Assembly: GCA_951406725.2 (NCBI GenBank)
Contig: OX597825.1
Location: forward strand, 61,070,001-61,134,000
DNA from: Octopus vulgaris
Taxonomy: Eukaryota
Reading direction: 5' to 3'
Length of the DNA: 64,000 bases
How positions within the stretch are numbered: the stretch's first letter is position 1; each line of letters starts with the position of its first letter. The notes under the pieces are model-generated. The model made no database searches. It saw only the letters and a program-made list of their open reading frames with translations, and was not told the DNA's origin. Positions 26,243 through 39,885 of the stretch are shown piece by piece. Both the position numbers and the translations under genes were made by a program.

Positions 26243-27306
26243 TTCGACCAATTTTCAAGTTAGTGGTGGAGGTGGATGCTCAGAGAGTGTTACCACTAGA
26301 ATAAGAATAGCCTGGGCAAAGTTTAGAAATCTTCTACCCCTACTGGTGACAAAGATAGATTGTACGACGCATGTGTGCGAACTGCCATATTTCACAGCAG
26401 TGAAACATGGGCTGTGACTGCGAAGGACATGCGTAGGCTCGAAAGGAATGAAGTGAGCCTGATCCGCTGGATGTGTAATGTCAGTGTGCACACACGACAA
26501 AGTGTAAGTGCCCAGAGAGAAATGTTGGACATAAGAAGCATCAGATGTGGCGTGCAAGAGGGACGTTTGTGCTGGTATGGTCATGTATTACGGATGGATG
26601 AGGAGAGATGTGTGAAGAAGTACCACTCCCAAACAGTTGAAGGAATCCGGGGTAAATGTAGACCCAGAAAGATATGGGATGAGGTGGTCAAGCATGACCT
26701 TCGAATGTTGGGTCTCACAGAGGCAATGACGAAAGACCAAGACCTCTGGAGATATGCTGTGACTGTGAAGACCTGACAAATAAAGTGAGTTCATGGCTGT
26801 ATCCTACACCAGCTTCACACAACCAGCCCCAGCCCATTCAAAGTACCTTGGATCGCAGGGCAGCCTGTTGTGCTTATCTTGGATCGTGGGGCAACCTGCT
26901 GTGCTTGAGGATACCTATTGAGTCAAGTACATCAACATCAAACTAAAAATCAAATAGAAATTGTAGTTGTGATACCCGTGCCAGTGGCATGTAAAAAGCA
27001 CCATCCGAACATGGCCGATACCAGCACTGCCTTGGCTGGCTTCCGTGCCAGTTGCACATAAAAAGCACCAACCGATCATGGCCGTTGCCAGCCTCCCCTG
27101 GCCCCTGTGCCAGTGGCACGTAAAAAGCACTCACTACACTCACGGAGTGGTTGGCGTTAGGAAGGGCATCCAGCTGTAGAAACACTGCCAGATCAGACTG
27201 GAGCGTTGTTCAGCCTCCTGGCTTCCCAGACAACAGTCGAACTGCCCAACCCATGCTAGCATGGAAAACGGGTGTTAAACGATGAGGATGAGGAGGATGA
27301 GGATGA
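26243..27306 (+). mobile_element. Second RTE-clade LINE, 5'-truncated, ORF C-terminus plus 3' UTR and (GAT/GAG)n tail
   Basis: RIRIAWAKFRNL..YDACVRTAIFHSSETWAV..LERNEVSLIRWMCNV..RLCWYGHVLRMDEERCVK..GKCRPRKIWDEVVKHDL..DQDLWR. The UTR contains family C repeats. Confidence 0.93.
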
Positions 27307-27702
27307 TTGATAGAATGATAGAGTAAGTACTAGGCTTACATAGAATAAGTCCAGGGTTCTATTTCTTTGATTAAAGGTGGTGCTCCAGCATAGCCACATT
27401 CAGTTGACTGAAACGGGCAAAAGAATAACCTTATAAGTTTTCCAAAACTAATAATTTACCTTATTTAACCCAAATATCCAGTGTTTCTAATTACTCACTC
27501 CTTCTATATGTGTGTATATATGCATACAATTCTTGTGCATGTGCATGGACATGTGTCAGTATACATATACACTCACATACAGATATATCTGCATATGAAT
27601 CAATTTATCTTTCTCTCCCCTCTCTCTCTCTCTCTCTACATACATATGTGTATGTATTTCTGTATACATACATACAAACGTATTTATGCATACATGTTGG
27701 TA

Positions 27703-27750
<48 letters not shown>

Positions 27751-27974
27751 TATATATACACACACTACTTTTTGTCTTTTTATCTTGACCATCCTAAATT
27801 AATTTTTATTACAGTAGACAATGAGAATAACAAGCACTTGAGGCTTTTCTATAGCAAAGCAAACAACATCTATAAACAAAACCCATCCTTTACAATTCTA
27901 TTAGAGTAAATTTTTGAATATATCTATATAAATAAGAGTGTTTATTTGTCTATCTTTTATCTTTTATTTTTTAT

Positions 27975-28153
27975 CTTTTACTTGTTTCAGTCATTTGACT
28001 GCAGCCATGCTGGAGCACTGCTTCAATGAAGTTTTAGTCCAATGAATGAAATCTAGTACTTATTTTTTGTTCAGCCTGATACTTATTCTATAGGTCTCTT
28101 TATGCCAAACAGCTTCCTTATGGGGATGTAAACACAATGGGGAAAAAAGAGGG

Positions 28154-28250
<97 letters not shown>

Positions 28251-29140
28251 GGGCTTCTTTCAGTTTCTCATTTCTTTATTGGCCAGAAGAGGCTAAACAT
28301 AGAGGGGACAAACAAGGACAAACAAAGGGATTAAGTTGATTACATCGACCCCAGTGGGTAACTGGTACTTAATATATCGACCCTGAAAGGATGAAAGGCA
28401 AAGTCAACCTGGGCAGAATTTGAACTCAGAACGTAAAGGCGGACAAAATACTGCTAAGCATTTTGCCCGGCGTGTTAACATTTCTGCAAACTCATCGGCT
28501 TCTTTCAGTTTCTCATTTCTTTATTGCCCACAAGAGGCTAAACATAGAGGGGACAAACAAGGACAAACAAAGGGATTAAGTTGATTACATCGACCCCAGT
28601 GTGTAACTGGTACTTAATATATCGACCCTGAAAGGATGAAAGGCAAAGTCAACCTGGGCAGAATTTGAACTCAGAATGTAAAGACGAACAAAATACCGCT
28701 AAGCATTTTCCCGGCGTGCTAACATTTCTGCAAACTCATCGGCTTCTTTCAGTTTCTCATTTCTTTATTGCCCACAAGAGGCTAAACATAGAGGGGACCA
28801 GCAAGGACAAACAAAGGGATTAAGTTGATTACATCGACCCCAGTGTGTAACTGGTACTTAATATATCGACCCTGAAAGGATGAAAGGCAAAGTCAACCTC
28901 GGCAGAATTTGAACTCAGAATGTAAAGATGAACAAAATACCGCTAAGCATTTTCCCAGCGTGCTAACATTTCTGCAAACTCATCGGCTTCTTTCAGTTTC
29001 TGTCTACCAAATCCACTTACAAGGCTTTGGTTGGTCAGAGGCCATAGTAGAAGATGCTAACCCAAAGTTCCATCCAGTGGGACTGAACCTGGAATCATGT
29101 AGTTGGGAAGCGATCTTCTCAACACTCAACCATTCTTATG
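27975..29140 (-). mobile_element. SINE family A copy containing a tandem trimer of SINE family B
   Basis: Family A tail at 27975-28140 and head at 29001-29140. Three family B units are separated by GGCTTCTTTCAGTTTCT at 28252, 28497, 28741 and 28985. Confidence 0.9.
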
Positions 29141-29719
29141 CCTATATGTACGTGAGTGAAGTGGGTGTATTAGTATGAATGGTGTTGTATGAAAGTATAT
29201 AATTCTATATTGTTATGCATATATGTATGTGAATATGTGTGCCACTTCACAGATAGATGCTAGTTACTCTAGATGTCAGCACAAGCATGCACCTTAAAAA
29301 GAAGTATCAAAGTACATTTTAAAAAACTTACAAACTCATGAACGAAGTGTTTTACACAGATTTTCTTTCATTCTAATTTATATTCAGAAATATTAATTAA
29401 CAAACCCTCCTACACAGAAACTCCTACACACCTTCAAACACTGTACCCCAAATTCAACCGCATGCATTCGTGATCATTCAGCTGTTGAGTGAAAATTCAG
29501 ATAGATTGCCATTTCTAGATTTAAAAGTCATATCTATCAACTGTGCCCACAGTAATGAGTTCTATAATGAATAATGTTAGCACCACGCAAAATATATTTG
29601 TATCTTTTATCTTTTTACCTGCTTAAGTCATTAGGCTGTAACCAAATATATATATATGTATATATATATATATGCATATATATATGTCTACATATATATA
29701 TATATACATATATACATAC

Positions 29720-29765
<46 letters not shown>

Positions 29766-29943
29766 ATATATATATATATATGTATGTATGTATTTATATA
29801 TATGTATATACATGTGTATATATGTGTGTTTGTGTGTATGTATGAATGTATGTATCTATGTATTTATGTATATGTTGGTTTCTGTGTCTGTGTGAAGTAT
29901 GCATACTTGTATGTATATATGTATGCTTGTCCCTAAGCATGCA

Positions 29944-29997
<54 letters not shown>

Positions 29998-30052
29998 CAT
30001 ATATATAAATAAGCAACAAGGATATCATTTGAATCTAAATTTTTACTGAACT

Positions 30053-30092
<40 letters not shown>

Positions 30093-30555
30093 AATATATA
30101 TATGTATATAATCATACATGCACGAACACACATATGCAAATGTATTTCCGTGTGAAATGCAAGAATTTAAAAAAATATATATTTTTGTATAGAAGTTTTT
30201 TAAGTAGCTATATATGCATAGAATGTCATAATGTTTCTTTTTCTCCATGCTTCAAAATTTCAGTAGTAGCTAACTAACAATGAAAAGCTTTTTTTCTCTA
30301 ACCATAACATTAAGTTTTAACTATAACATTAAGTGGTGATATAAATGTATCATTAACACACCAACTAACCTCATTTTGTGCATTTTGAGAAAAACTGTAA
30401 TTTCCTTGTAGTTAATGATTTTATCTGAATTATCTGCTATGCTGAACCAACAACTGAAACTTAATAAAAATTTATAGCAGTACATATGAATTTTTGTATG
30501 AAAGCATTAAAGTAGGCATGTTGGCTTTTATGCATATATATATATATATATATAT

Positions 30556-30622
<67 letters not shown>

Positions 30623-30830
30623 CACTTTTGTGCATGTGTCTTCATGTGCCAAGTGCATATATAGATATATGCAAATACACACATGCGTATATAAAGATAT
30701 ATGTGTGTGTGTGCATGTGCATGAATATATGTACGTATAAATGAGTGTATGGTTTTTTATATATTTATGTGTGTTTGTATAAGTGTATATATATGTGTGT
30801 ACATGTGTGTGTACACATCTCTCCCTCTCC

Positions 30831-30861
<31 letters not shown>

Positions 30862-31250
30862 CCCATATATACATACATACACATGAATGTATGTATGTAT
30901 ATTCATGTGTCTAGTTAAATATGTACAGAGATATATAAACATATATGATACATATATACACAAAACATGTACATATCCATCCACATACTCCTATACACGC
31001 TGACAGACATACATGTCTATATATTTATTTATATAAATAAATGTGAACTTAGTTGCATGCTGCTTCTGATAAGACTACATGGTGATCTTTTGTATTTTAT
31101 TGTTTACATGCTTCATTTTTCCACCTACACAAGCCACATGTAATTTTTTCCATGTATAAATTCATGTATAATATTAGCATAGCATTTAACTCAACTTACA
31201 TGTGTGTGCATGTATATGTGTATACATACATATGCGTGTGTGTTTGTGCA

Positions 31251-31610
31251 TGTGTGGTAAGTAGCTTGTTTACCAACCACATGGTTCCAGGTTCAGTCCC
31301 ACTGCGTGGCACCTTGGGCAAGTATCTTCTACTATAGCCTCAGGCCGACCAAAGCCTTGTGAGTGGATTTGGTAGACGGAAACTGAAAGAAGACCGTCGT
31401 ATATATGTATATATATGTGTGTCTGTGTTTGTCCCTCCAACATCGCTTGACAACCGATGCTGGTGTGTTTACGTCCTCGTAACTTAGCGGTTCGGCAAAA
31501 GAGACCGATAGAATAAGTACTGGGCTTCCAAAGAATAAGTCCCGGGGTCGAGTTGCTCGATTAAAGGTGGTGCACCAGCATGGCCGCAGTCAAAATGACT
31601 GAAACAAGTA
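31251..31610 (+). mobile_element. SINE family A
   Basis: Near-identical to 19449-19860. Confidence 0.92.
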
Positions 31611-32532
31611 AAAAAAAAAGAAAAAGAAGAGAAATATATACATAAATTAAAAAGGGTGGTTTATTAGCAATTAGAACCTTAAGGCAAAATTAACAGAGGT
31701 CACAAAGTGATGGCGGGTACTAACTAGTGCCTCTTTTGCTAAAAATAAGAGTTAAAACAATTCTGAAAGCCACAGAAGCACTGAACTTAATGACTGACAA
31801 AGGGAGGTAATTCCACGGCGTACATAGATCATGATTTCAGATTCCGATGTACACCATCTTAATCCTTATCAGTGACTCTTGACGCCTAGGGTTAAACTCA
31901 TTTACCTCTGTCAGACTTACAAGAAAAACTGTTGTATTGCACATTTGATGTATGATATAACAGTATGATAAATAATGTCCTAGCAAATCATCCTACTCAA
32001 GATACACAATACTTGTAATTACACTCAACAATACACATCTCCCAGCTTTACACAGCTCATCGACTCTCTCATCACACTCTCTGAACATGTCTATTTATAT
32101 TGTGGCACAGTCCATTAGGAGCAAACCACATAGGGGTGTTAACTTCCGCCCCAGCAAAAACCATTGAAAATCTTGCTGATTTTCAAATATATGCATTTAT
32201 GTATGTATGTTTGTATGTAATATTTGTTGTTACACAAGAGGATGGTCTTTTTTTTTTCCTTTTGCTAATTAAAGCCATGTGCTATTTATTTGATCTTGAT
32301 GTTAGTTTTATTCATATTATTTTTAGCATGTTCATCAGACAAAGTTCTTTCTTCACATATTCTGTGACACCTTCAGTGACTCTCTGTGTGATGTGCCTCA
32401 TCTTGTCCCGATTATTCCATACATTCTCACATCAGGAATGTTTCAAAGCAAATACAAAATTGTGCATGTGTGTGTGTGTTTATATATATATAGACACACA
32501 CACATATATATATCGTGGTGTATGTTTACTAC

Positions 32533-32624
32533 TTAAATGTGGCTGTCCTATAGAGGACGATGCTACTGTTGTTCATAGCTATAAACAACAGTAGCATCGT
32601 CCCCTATTGGACTGCCACATTTAG
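32533..32624. repeat. Hairpin (about 40-nt arms) from an inverted duplication of a PLE-pLTR-like repeat
   Basis: AAATGTGGCTGTCCTATAGAGGACGATGCTACTGTTGTT .. AACAACAGTAGCATCGTCCCCTATTGGACTGCCACATTT. The arm resembles 14745-14782. Confidence 0.85.
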
Positions 32625-32699
32625 TTGGCAAATATACTTCATGATTCCATGCTGCTACTGTTTACTTTTTGCTCAGAGGTTTAATATTGCTATATATAT

Positions 32700-33744
32700 T
32701 GTTGTGGTTCAGCTTAAGGACAGAGCTTGTGACCTACTTTTGGGATAAACCCATTGTCCTGTCAGATTCAGGTGGATTAGTCGGTTCTGGATGGACCTGC
32801 GACCCTTTTCGGGTGAACTAGAGGTCGTTCTAAACAACCCTTGAAGAAGAGGAAGAGGAAAGTAGTGAGAAAGACAGAGTAAGGGATCTGAGAGCTGTCA
32901 TGAGAGAGTAACAGCAGCGGCGCCGATAGAGATAGGGACATAGGACCAGGCGGGATAGAGAGAGTATAAGTGCTAAGAGACAGATTGAGGGGAGTGAGAT
33001 AGGGACAGTCGGTATTCGGTCATCAAAGCGGACAGTCGGATTTTGGTCGTCAAGGCAGGTGGTTGGGATGCAGGGGCTTGGCAGGTTGGAGTTAGCAGTA
33101 CAGAGAGAGATATATACAGAGGAATAGGCGGCTGTTAGAGAGGAACTACAATATGGGACACTGGCTATTCTAGTAGGAACTAAAGGTATTTAATTATGTA
33201 TTGATACGTGTTACGATGTAAAGAGACTGTAAAAGAAAAAAAAGAGAAAGAAGAAAGAGAGAGAAAAAGAAGGACTCTGATGTAGTCGTTAAAGACTTTG
33301 AACTGTAATGTGAATTGTGTTGTGATTTGAACATTGTATAATGAACATTGAACTGTATATGACTTGTTGATGTGTTTTGAAATAGAACTGTGTCTTCGGA
33401 CGTGTACCTTTGAAATGCTGATATATTGACCTTGTTGTGTCGTTACCGGACGGTTATATTGTATCTGCAACTTTAAATGCTTTGATCTGTTGTATACCAG
33501 TATTGATTTGTTGTTTCCTTTAAATGCTTTGATGTTGTAACAATTGATTGTCATAAACTAGTTGTTAAATGTAAGCCAGTTGTGCCTTGCCTCTTTGTGT
33601 CTCTCTCGATTGCCTCTGTGCTGCTGCTGTTGTTGTTGTTGTCCTATCTCTCCTCTCCGAGTTTCCGTAACTTATTCGCTGCATCGAACGGGCCTGTGTG
33701 TGAGGGATTCCGTAACAGTTCGAATCGGAGGTCCCCACCTTCGT

Positions 33745-33748
<4 letters not shown>
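32700..33748. mobile_element. Putative solo LTR (about 1.05 kb)
   Basis: TGTT..AACA termini, flanked by ATAT on both sides in a TA tract. Higher CpG content than the flanks, short internal direct repeats (GGACAGTCGG x2, CGTAAC x3), and no adjacent internal coding region. Confidence 0.6.
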
Positions 33749-33780
<32 letters not shown>

Positions 33781-33847
33781 ACATACACATAAATAATGAT
33801 TAAACTTAAAGTTATCCCCTCAAAAAAGCCATCTCTATTCATTTTTT

Positions 33848-33912
<65 letters not shown>

Positions 33913-34161
33913 TATATATGTATGTATGTATGTGTATATATATATATATATATATATGGATAGTTGGAAATATAGGTAGACAGGCTGTAAGAAAGATAGA
34001 TAGATAGAGAGAGGGGGAGAGAGAAGGGGGAACCCCTTCCTATTCACCATTTATTTATTTATTTTGTCATTTACCATTGTATTGGAATGGGTTTAAAGAT
34101 GGTGACTTCTTCAACAATCTAAAAACAATAAAAACACAGGTGCCGTGTGGACATCATTGAA

Positions 34162-34885
34162 AGTCTTTTTGATTCCTCTTTCCTTCTTTTTCTCTCTTTC
34201 TTTCTTTGTCTCCTCTTTGAGTTTTGTATTTAGAATACAAAATGTTCTGTCGCCCCTTTTCTATCAAACATTCAAATTTGGAGAGAATTTTTTGATGAAA
34301 TGCAGCGCAGCATGAAAAATCATTAGTATAATATTTGCACTACATTTCATCAAAAAATTTTCTTCAAAATTGAATAGGCGCAGGAGTGGCTGTGTGGTAA
34401 GTAGCTTGTTTACCAACCACATGGTTCCGGGTTCAGTCCCACTGCGTGGCATCTTGGGCAAGTGTCTTCTGCTATAGCCCCGGGCCGACCAATGCCTTGT
34501 GAGTGGATTTGGTAGACGGAAACTGAAAGAAGCCTGTCGTATATATGTATATATATATATATGTATGTGTGTTTGTTTGTGTGTCTGTGTTTGTCCCCCT
34601 AGCATTGCTTGACAACCGATGCTGGTGTGTTTATGTCCCCGTTACTTAGCGGTTCAGCAAAAGAGACCGATAGAATAAGTACTGGGCTTACAAAAAGAAT
34701 AAGTCCCGGGGTCGAGTTGCTCGATTAAAGGTGGTGCTCCAGCATGGCCGCAGTCAAATGACTGAAACAAGTAAAAGAGTAAAAGAGTAAAAGAGTATTC
34801 AAAAGAAAAGAGGAGACAGTACATTTTGTATTCTAAATACAACTCAAAGACGAGAAAAAGAAAGAAAGAGGAATCAAAAAGACTG
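34162..34885. mobile_element. Foldback (palindromic) MITE-like element, about 300 bp, split by a SINE A insertion
   Basis: 34162-34262 is inverted at 34806-34885. The inner 34270-34309 is inverted at 34334-34374. Confidence 0.75.
34376..34797 (+). mobile_element. SINE family A, young full-length copy
   Basis: CpG-rich, complete head to (AAAGAGTA)n tail. Confidence 0.93.
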
Positions 34886-34979
34886 ACACACTTAAGTACC
34901 ATGTGAGCTTCTTTATGATATCTATGTTTCTTTCTCTCTTCTCTTACCTTCTAGGGACAACAATGATTTATTGCATACT

Positions 34980-35270
34980 GTGTCCGTCGCCAGCCTCGCC
35001 TGGCTCCCGTGCCGTTGGCACGTAAAAGCAGCATCCGTTTGTGTCCGTTGCCAGCCTCGCCTGGCCCCCGTGCCGGTAGCACGTAAAAGCACCACCCGTT
35101 CGTGGCCGTTTGCCAGCTTTGTCTGGCACCTGTGCAGGTGGCACGTAAAAAGCACCCACTACACTCACGGAGTGGTTGGCGTTAGGAAGGGCATCCAGCC
35201 GTAGAAACACTGCCAAATCTGACTGGGCCTGATGAACGGACGCTAAATGATGATGATGATGATGATGATG
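34980..35270 (+). mobile_element. RTE 3' UTR-derived retroposon (family C)
   Basis: GGCACGTAAAAGCA tandem units, GTTGGCGTTAGGAAGGGCATCCAGC, (GAT)n tail. Confidence 0.85.
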
Positions 35271-35742
35271 TGCCTCTGTTTGTGCTTCTGCATTGACTGG
35301 CTACTATATCTCTGTCACTCACTTATAATTTTTTCTTTGCCAGACTTTCTTTTTGATGTTCCTACCCTAGTCTATTTCCCTATTTTGACAGCCCGTTTAT
35401 CTGATTCTCTTGGAATCATTAACAGACATCTTTTAAGTACTAATTTCACTTCTGTACACCCACTTTTCTATCTTCATCCCATTTTCCCCTTTATGTTCCT
35501 CAATTTACCCATCTCTCTATGCTTCATAATTATCCCTTCCTTTTCAACTTATTTATATTTATAAATATAATTCTCTAACAAGGTTTCACGTCATAAGTCT
35601 TTCAAAATCCATGCTTGCCCACAATATTATTTGTAGGTAATATTATTGCCTACAATATTTTTTGATACCTACAATATTATTGTACCTACAATATGTCTTA
35701 ATTTTATTCCATGATATCCATGATATCCATGATATCCATGAT

Positions 35743-36147
35743 AGGCGCAGGAGTGGCTGTGTGGTAAGTAGCTTGCTAACCAACCACATGGTTCCGGGTT
35801 CAGTCCCACTGCGTGGCATCTTTGGCAAGTGTCTTCTGCTATAGCCCCGGGCCGACCAATGCCTTGTGAGTGGATTTGGTAGACAGAAACTGAAAGAAGC
35901 CTGTCGTATATATGTATATATATGTGTGCGTGTGTGTTTGTGTGTCTGTTTGTCCCCCTAGCATTGCTTGACAACCGATGCTGGTGTGTTTACGTCCCCG
36001 TGACTTAGCGGTTCGGCAAAACAGACCGATAGAATAAGTACTGGGCTTACAAAGAATAAGTCCCGGGGTCGATTTGCTTGACTAAAGGCGGTGCTCCAGC
36101 ATGGCCGCAGTCAAATGACTGAAACAAGTAAAAGAGTAAAAAGAGTA
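35743..36147 (+). mobile_element. SINE family A, young full-length copy
   Basis: Complete head, core and tail. Preceded by (CCATGATAT)4. Confidence 0.93.
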
Positions 36148-37062
36148 ATATAAACACCAGTTATTTATTTTTTTTATGTGAAACAGCTGTAAGGATAAGA
36201 CTTGGTTGCTCTATTTTGGCAACGTTCCATGTGTATACATTCTTTATGCCTTCTTTTGGTTTTCCTCTCTTCTTTGCTTCCATTCACGCTCAATGAAGAT
36301 CATTCTTATAGTATGTTAGTGCTACATTCCACAGATAAAAGAGATGAAGTATAAGTTTCAATGAATTTGAACACTACATAGTGACTATCTACACCATGCT
36401 TACTTAAGCATTCTTCAGTACATTCTATCTATCTCTCTGTCTATCTGTCTGTCTGTCTGTCTGTTTCTTTCCTTCTCTCTCTCTACACACACAAACATAT
36501 ATACATATACACACACACATAGATATATATATATACACATACACATACACACAATAAATATATATATATACATATATATGTATATAGATATATATGCCAC
36601 TATACATGTATATACACATATATTTATATATACAAATATTTATGCATATATATATATTTGTAAATTCATGTGTATGTATATATTCTTACATATATATATG
36701 TGTGTATATATGTATATTCATATATACATATATACACACATATAAACACATATATATGTTTATACATATTTATATCTTTGTGAATTAATGTGTGTGAATG
36801 TCATTGGTTATATGTGTAAATATATGAATAATTGCATAGACAGTGCATAAAGTGCTTAGGGAAATTGGTATAATAAATGCCACAGTGCAAAAATAAAAAA
36901 AAGAAACCCAAACAAAAAACATAGAAATACAGATAAATAAAAAAAAAATCTATGATACTCACAAATATTATATATGCATGAGTTTACACTTGTGCATATG
37001 AATGTATGTATGTATGCAAGTATATGTGTGAGTGAATATATATATATATATACATATATATG

Positions 37063-37099
<37 letters not shown>

Positions 37100-37528
37100 G
37101 TATATATAAGTATATATATATATGTATATATACGTATATATATGTATATATATAAATGTATATGTATATATGTATGTGTGCATTGATATAGATTTGTACA
37201 TAAATACTTATACATTTACAAGAATACATATACATATATATGCATCAGTATTTATATATTTGTGCATGTGTGCATACACACTCACACACGCACACACACA
37301 CACAAGCACCACACACACAAGCACCATGCACACGCACACACATATACATATACATACATATATATATTAGCATCACTTGTCATTTCCTCTTTAAATCTAA
37401 ACTATATTATCCTTCCATGTAGCCTCAAGATCCATGGACTATATGCTTGGAAACTGATCAATAATTCGATAAGAGAAAATTCAATTTATTATTAAGCATT
37501 AATTTTTATCCTCCTCCTCTATATCATT

Positions 37529-37568
<40 letters not shown>

Positions 37569-37584
37569 ACATCATCATCACGAT

Positions 37585-37616
<32 letters not shown>

Positions 37617-37962
37617 TCACCATTCCTTTATTTACATTGTTGTATTTTACTTCCCCTACACCGTTATGTTTTGCCTATCCATCCCCTTTGACTTTGCCTC
37701 TTCAGTTTTTCTCCAGCTTCAATATTTTCCATTGATCTTCTTTTTCATTAATTCCTACTTCAACTGCCAGAAATCAACTTGAGAAGGAAGCAAATTCTAT
37801 ACAAAAGCAGCAGAAAAACTGAAAATGCAGAAGAAGAACAATGAAACGCTACAACATTTACTGAATGATATATTGGTAAAGAATTTATATAAATATGCTC
37901 ACATGTGACTGTATGCATAGAGAGAAAGACACAGTATATGCATGTATATATGTAAATGAGTA

Positions 37963-37999
<37 letters not shown>

Positions 38000-38012
38000 A
38001 TCTATCTATCTA

Positions 38013-38063
<51 letters not shown>

Positions 38064-38088
38064 TGATAAAACGGTAAACATACATACA

Positions 38089-38155
<67 letters not shown>

Positions 38156-38170
38156 TGATAAAACGGTAAA

Positions 38171-38367
38171 CATACATACAAACATACATACATACATACA
38201 AACATACATACATACATACATACATACATACATACATACATACATACATACATACATACATACATACATACATACATACATACATACATACATACATACA
38301 TAAATACATACATACATACATACATACATACATACATACATACATACATACATACATACATACATAC
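38171..38367. repeat. (CATA)n tetranucleotide microsatellite
   Basis: About 195 bp of CATA repeats. Confidence 0.98.
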
Positions 38368-38431
38368 AGAAAGTGAGGCAGGGAGACAGTCAGATAAATA
38401 GTTAGATAGAGAGAGAGTGCAATATAGATTG

Positions 38432-38473
<42 letters not shown>

Positions 38474-38494
38474 ACATATATTAAAATTAAAATA

Positions 38495-39885
38495 AAAATT
38501 CTGATCATATATTTACCAAAGGTTTCATATTCACAAAAGCCAAAGACTTGTGGAAAGCTTAGCAGACTCTGTACAAAGACAAAAAGCTCCAAACATTCTA
38601 CCAGGCAGACATGGGGAAATGTTCAGATATCAAGATTTAAGACCTTACATATAAAAACCACTGCCACAGATGATGAACAAACCATTGCCATCAACACCAA
38701 TAGAGTGACCAGCCCTACAACATATGTTATCACCAGTACAATTGCCACACCAAAAGATGATGACTAATTCAGGACCAGTGACACAGAGGAGGTATCCAGC
38801 ATTTCCACTACTACAACCACACATGATGACCAAACAATTATCATTGACACTAATGGGACGACTGGCCCCACACCATATGTTACCTATTTCTTTACTACCC
38901 ACAAGGGGCTAAACACAGAGAAGACAAACAAGGACAGACACATGGATCAAGTCGATTATATCGACCCCAGTGCGCAACTGGCACTTAATTTATCGACCCC
39001 GAAAGGATGAAAGGCAAAGTCGACCTCGGCAGAATTTGAACTCAGAACGTAACGGCAGACAAAATACGGCTATGCATTTCACCCGGTGTGCTAACATTTC
39101 TGCCAGCTCGCCACCTTCACCAGCTGCACCCACACTGAGGCCGGCAGCTAAATATGACCAGAAATGATAACCATGACGATAATGCTGCTGGATCATTGCA
39201 TCATACTGACAGCGTCAGCCACGATGTTACCAACAGCATCCCCAGGCCCTGAGCCTACCAGAGATATACTAGGAGTGTGAATATAGCCACATCTGAAGTT
39301 TGGTTTGTAAATATATCGTATCAGCCAGTACATCTTTCAAGCAGCACTTCCGCAACCACCAGTCATTCTTGAGAGTCCCAGAAAGACAGTTTGTCAATCA
39401 CTGGCCCATCATGTGTGTCATATCAAAGATTAAGGGACCCCATGTGATATCAGGTGGATAATAATAGTTCATCCATGCCCATATATTAATGGCAGTGGCC
39501 ACTGCAAAATCAACATTGAACAGAGAACCAAAATTCTTAAGGACTATATTAAACCTGGCGCATTAAATAATCATAAAGAAGTTTTCTTTAAATGTATCCA
39601 CTTGAAGCATTAGCTACTGGAAAATTGGACCTCCCTGTTTGCAGGTTAAGCATTTTGGGGTCTGAATGGGTTGTTTTAATCCTCTTGTCCAGGGGAGACA
39701 ACCTGTTCTCATACAGATTTTTATGTTAGGGTCTTAAATCTTAATATCTGAGCATTTCCTTATGTACATGTGGTGGAAAGTTTCAATTTTTTGTCTTTGT
39801 ATAGTCTGACGAGCCATCCACGTGGCTTTGACTTTCATAGATATGAAACCTTGGGTAACTCTATGACCAGAATTAAAATTTTTGT
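38495..39885. mobile_element. Two old, inversely oriented LINE (RTE-like) C-terminal fragments at 38495-38660(+) and about 39620-39885(-)
   Basis: The two segments are homologous in inverted orientation and translate to KKLQTFYQADMGKCSDIKI*D and KIETFHHMYIRKCSDIKI*D, resembling the RTE LETFHxxCLRKILxIKWxD motif. Confidence 0.5.

Noticed and set aside
37771-37875. Purine-rich block bounded by a polypyrimidine tract/AG and a GT, exon-like
   Set aside because: The donor is weak (GTAAAG), I could not establish a stop-free frame across the whole block, and I recognise no homology.
38040-38180. Short tandem duplications containing GTATATTGATAAAACGGTAAAC (and TAGATATGTTTTTATGT at 42820/42911)
   Set aside because: Ordinary slippage or unequal exchange between adjacent microsatellites, or assembly stutter.
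39800-39850. CTGACGA-GCCA-TCCACG-TGGC hammerhead-like start
   Set aside because: No GAAA follows stem II, the homologous copy near 38560 lacks the box, and the region is better explained as the antisense of an old LINE fragment.
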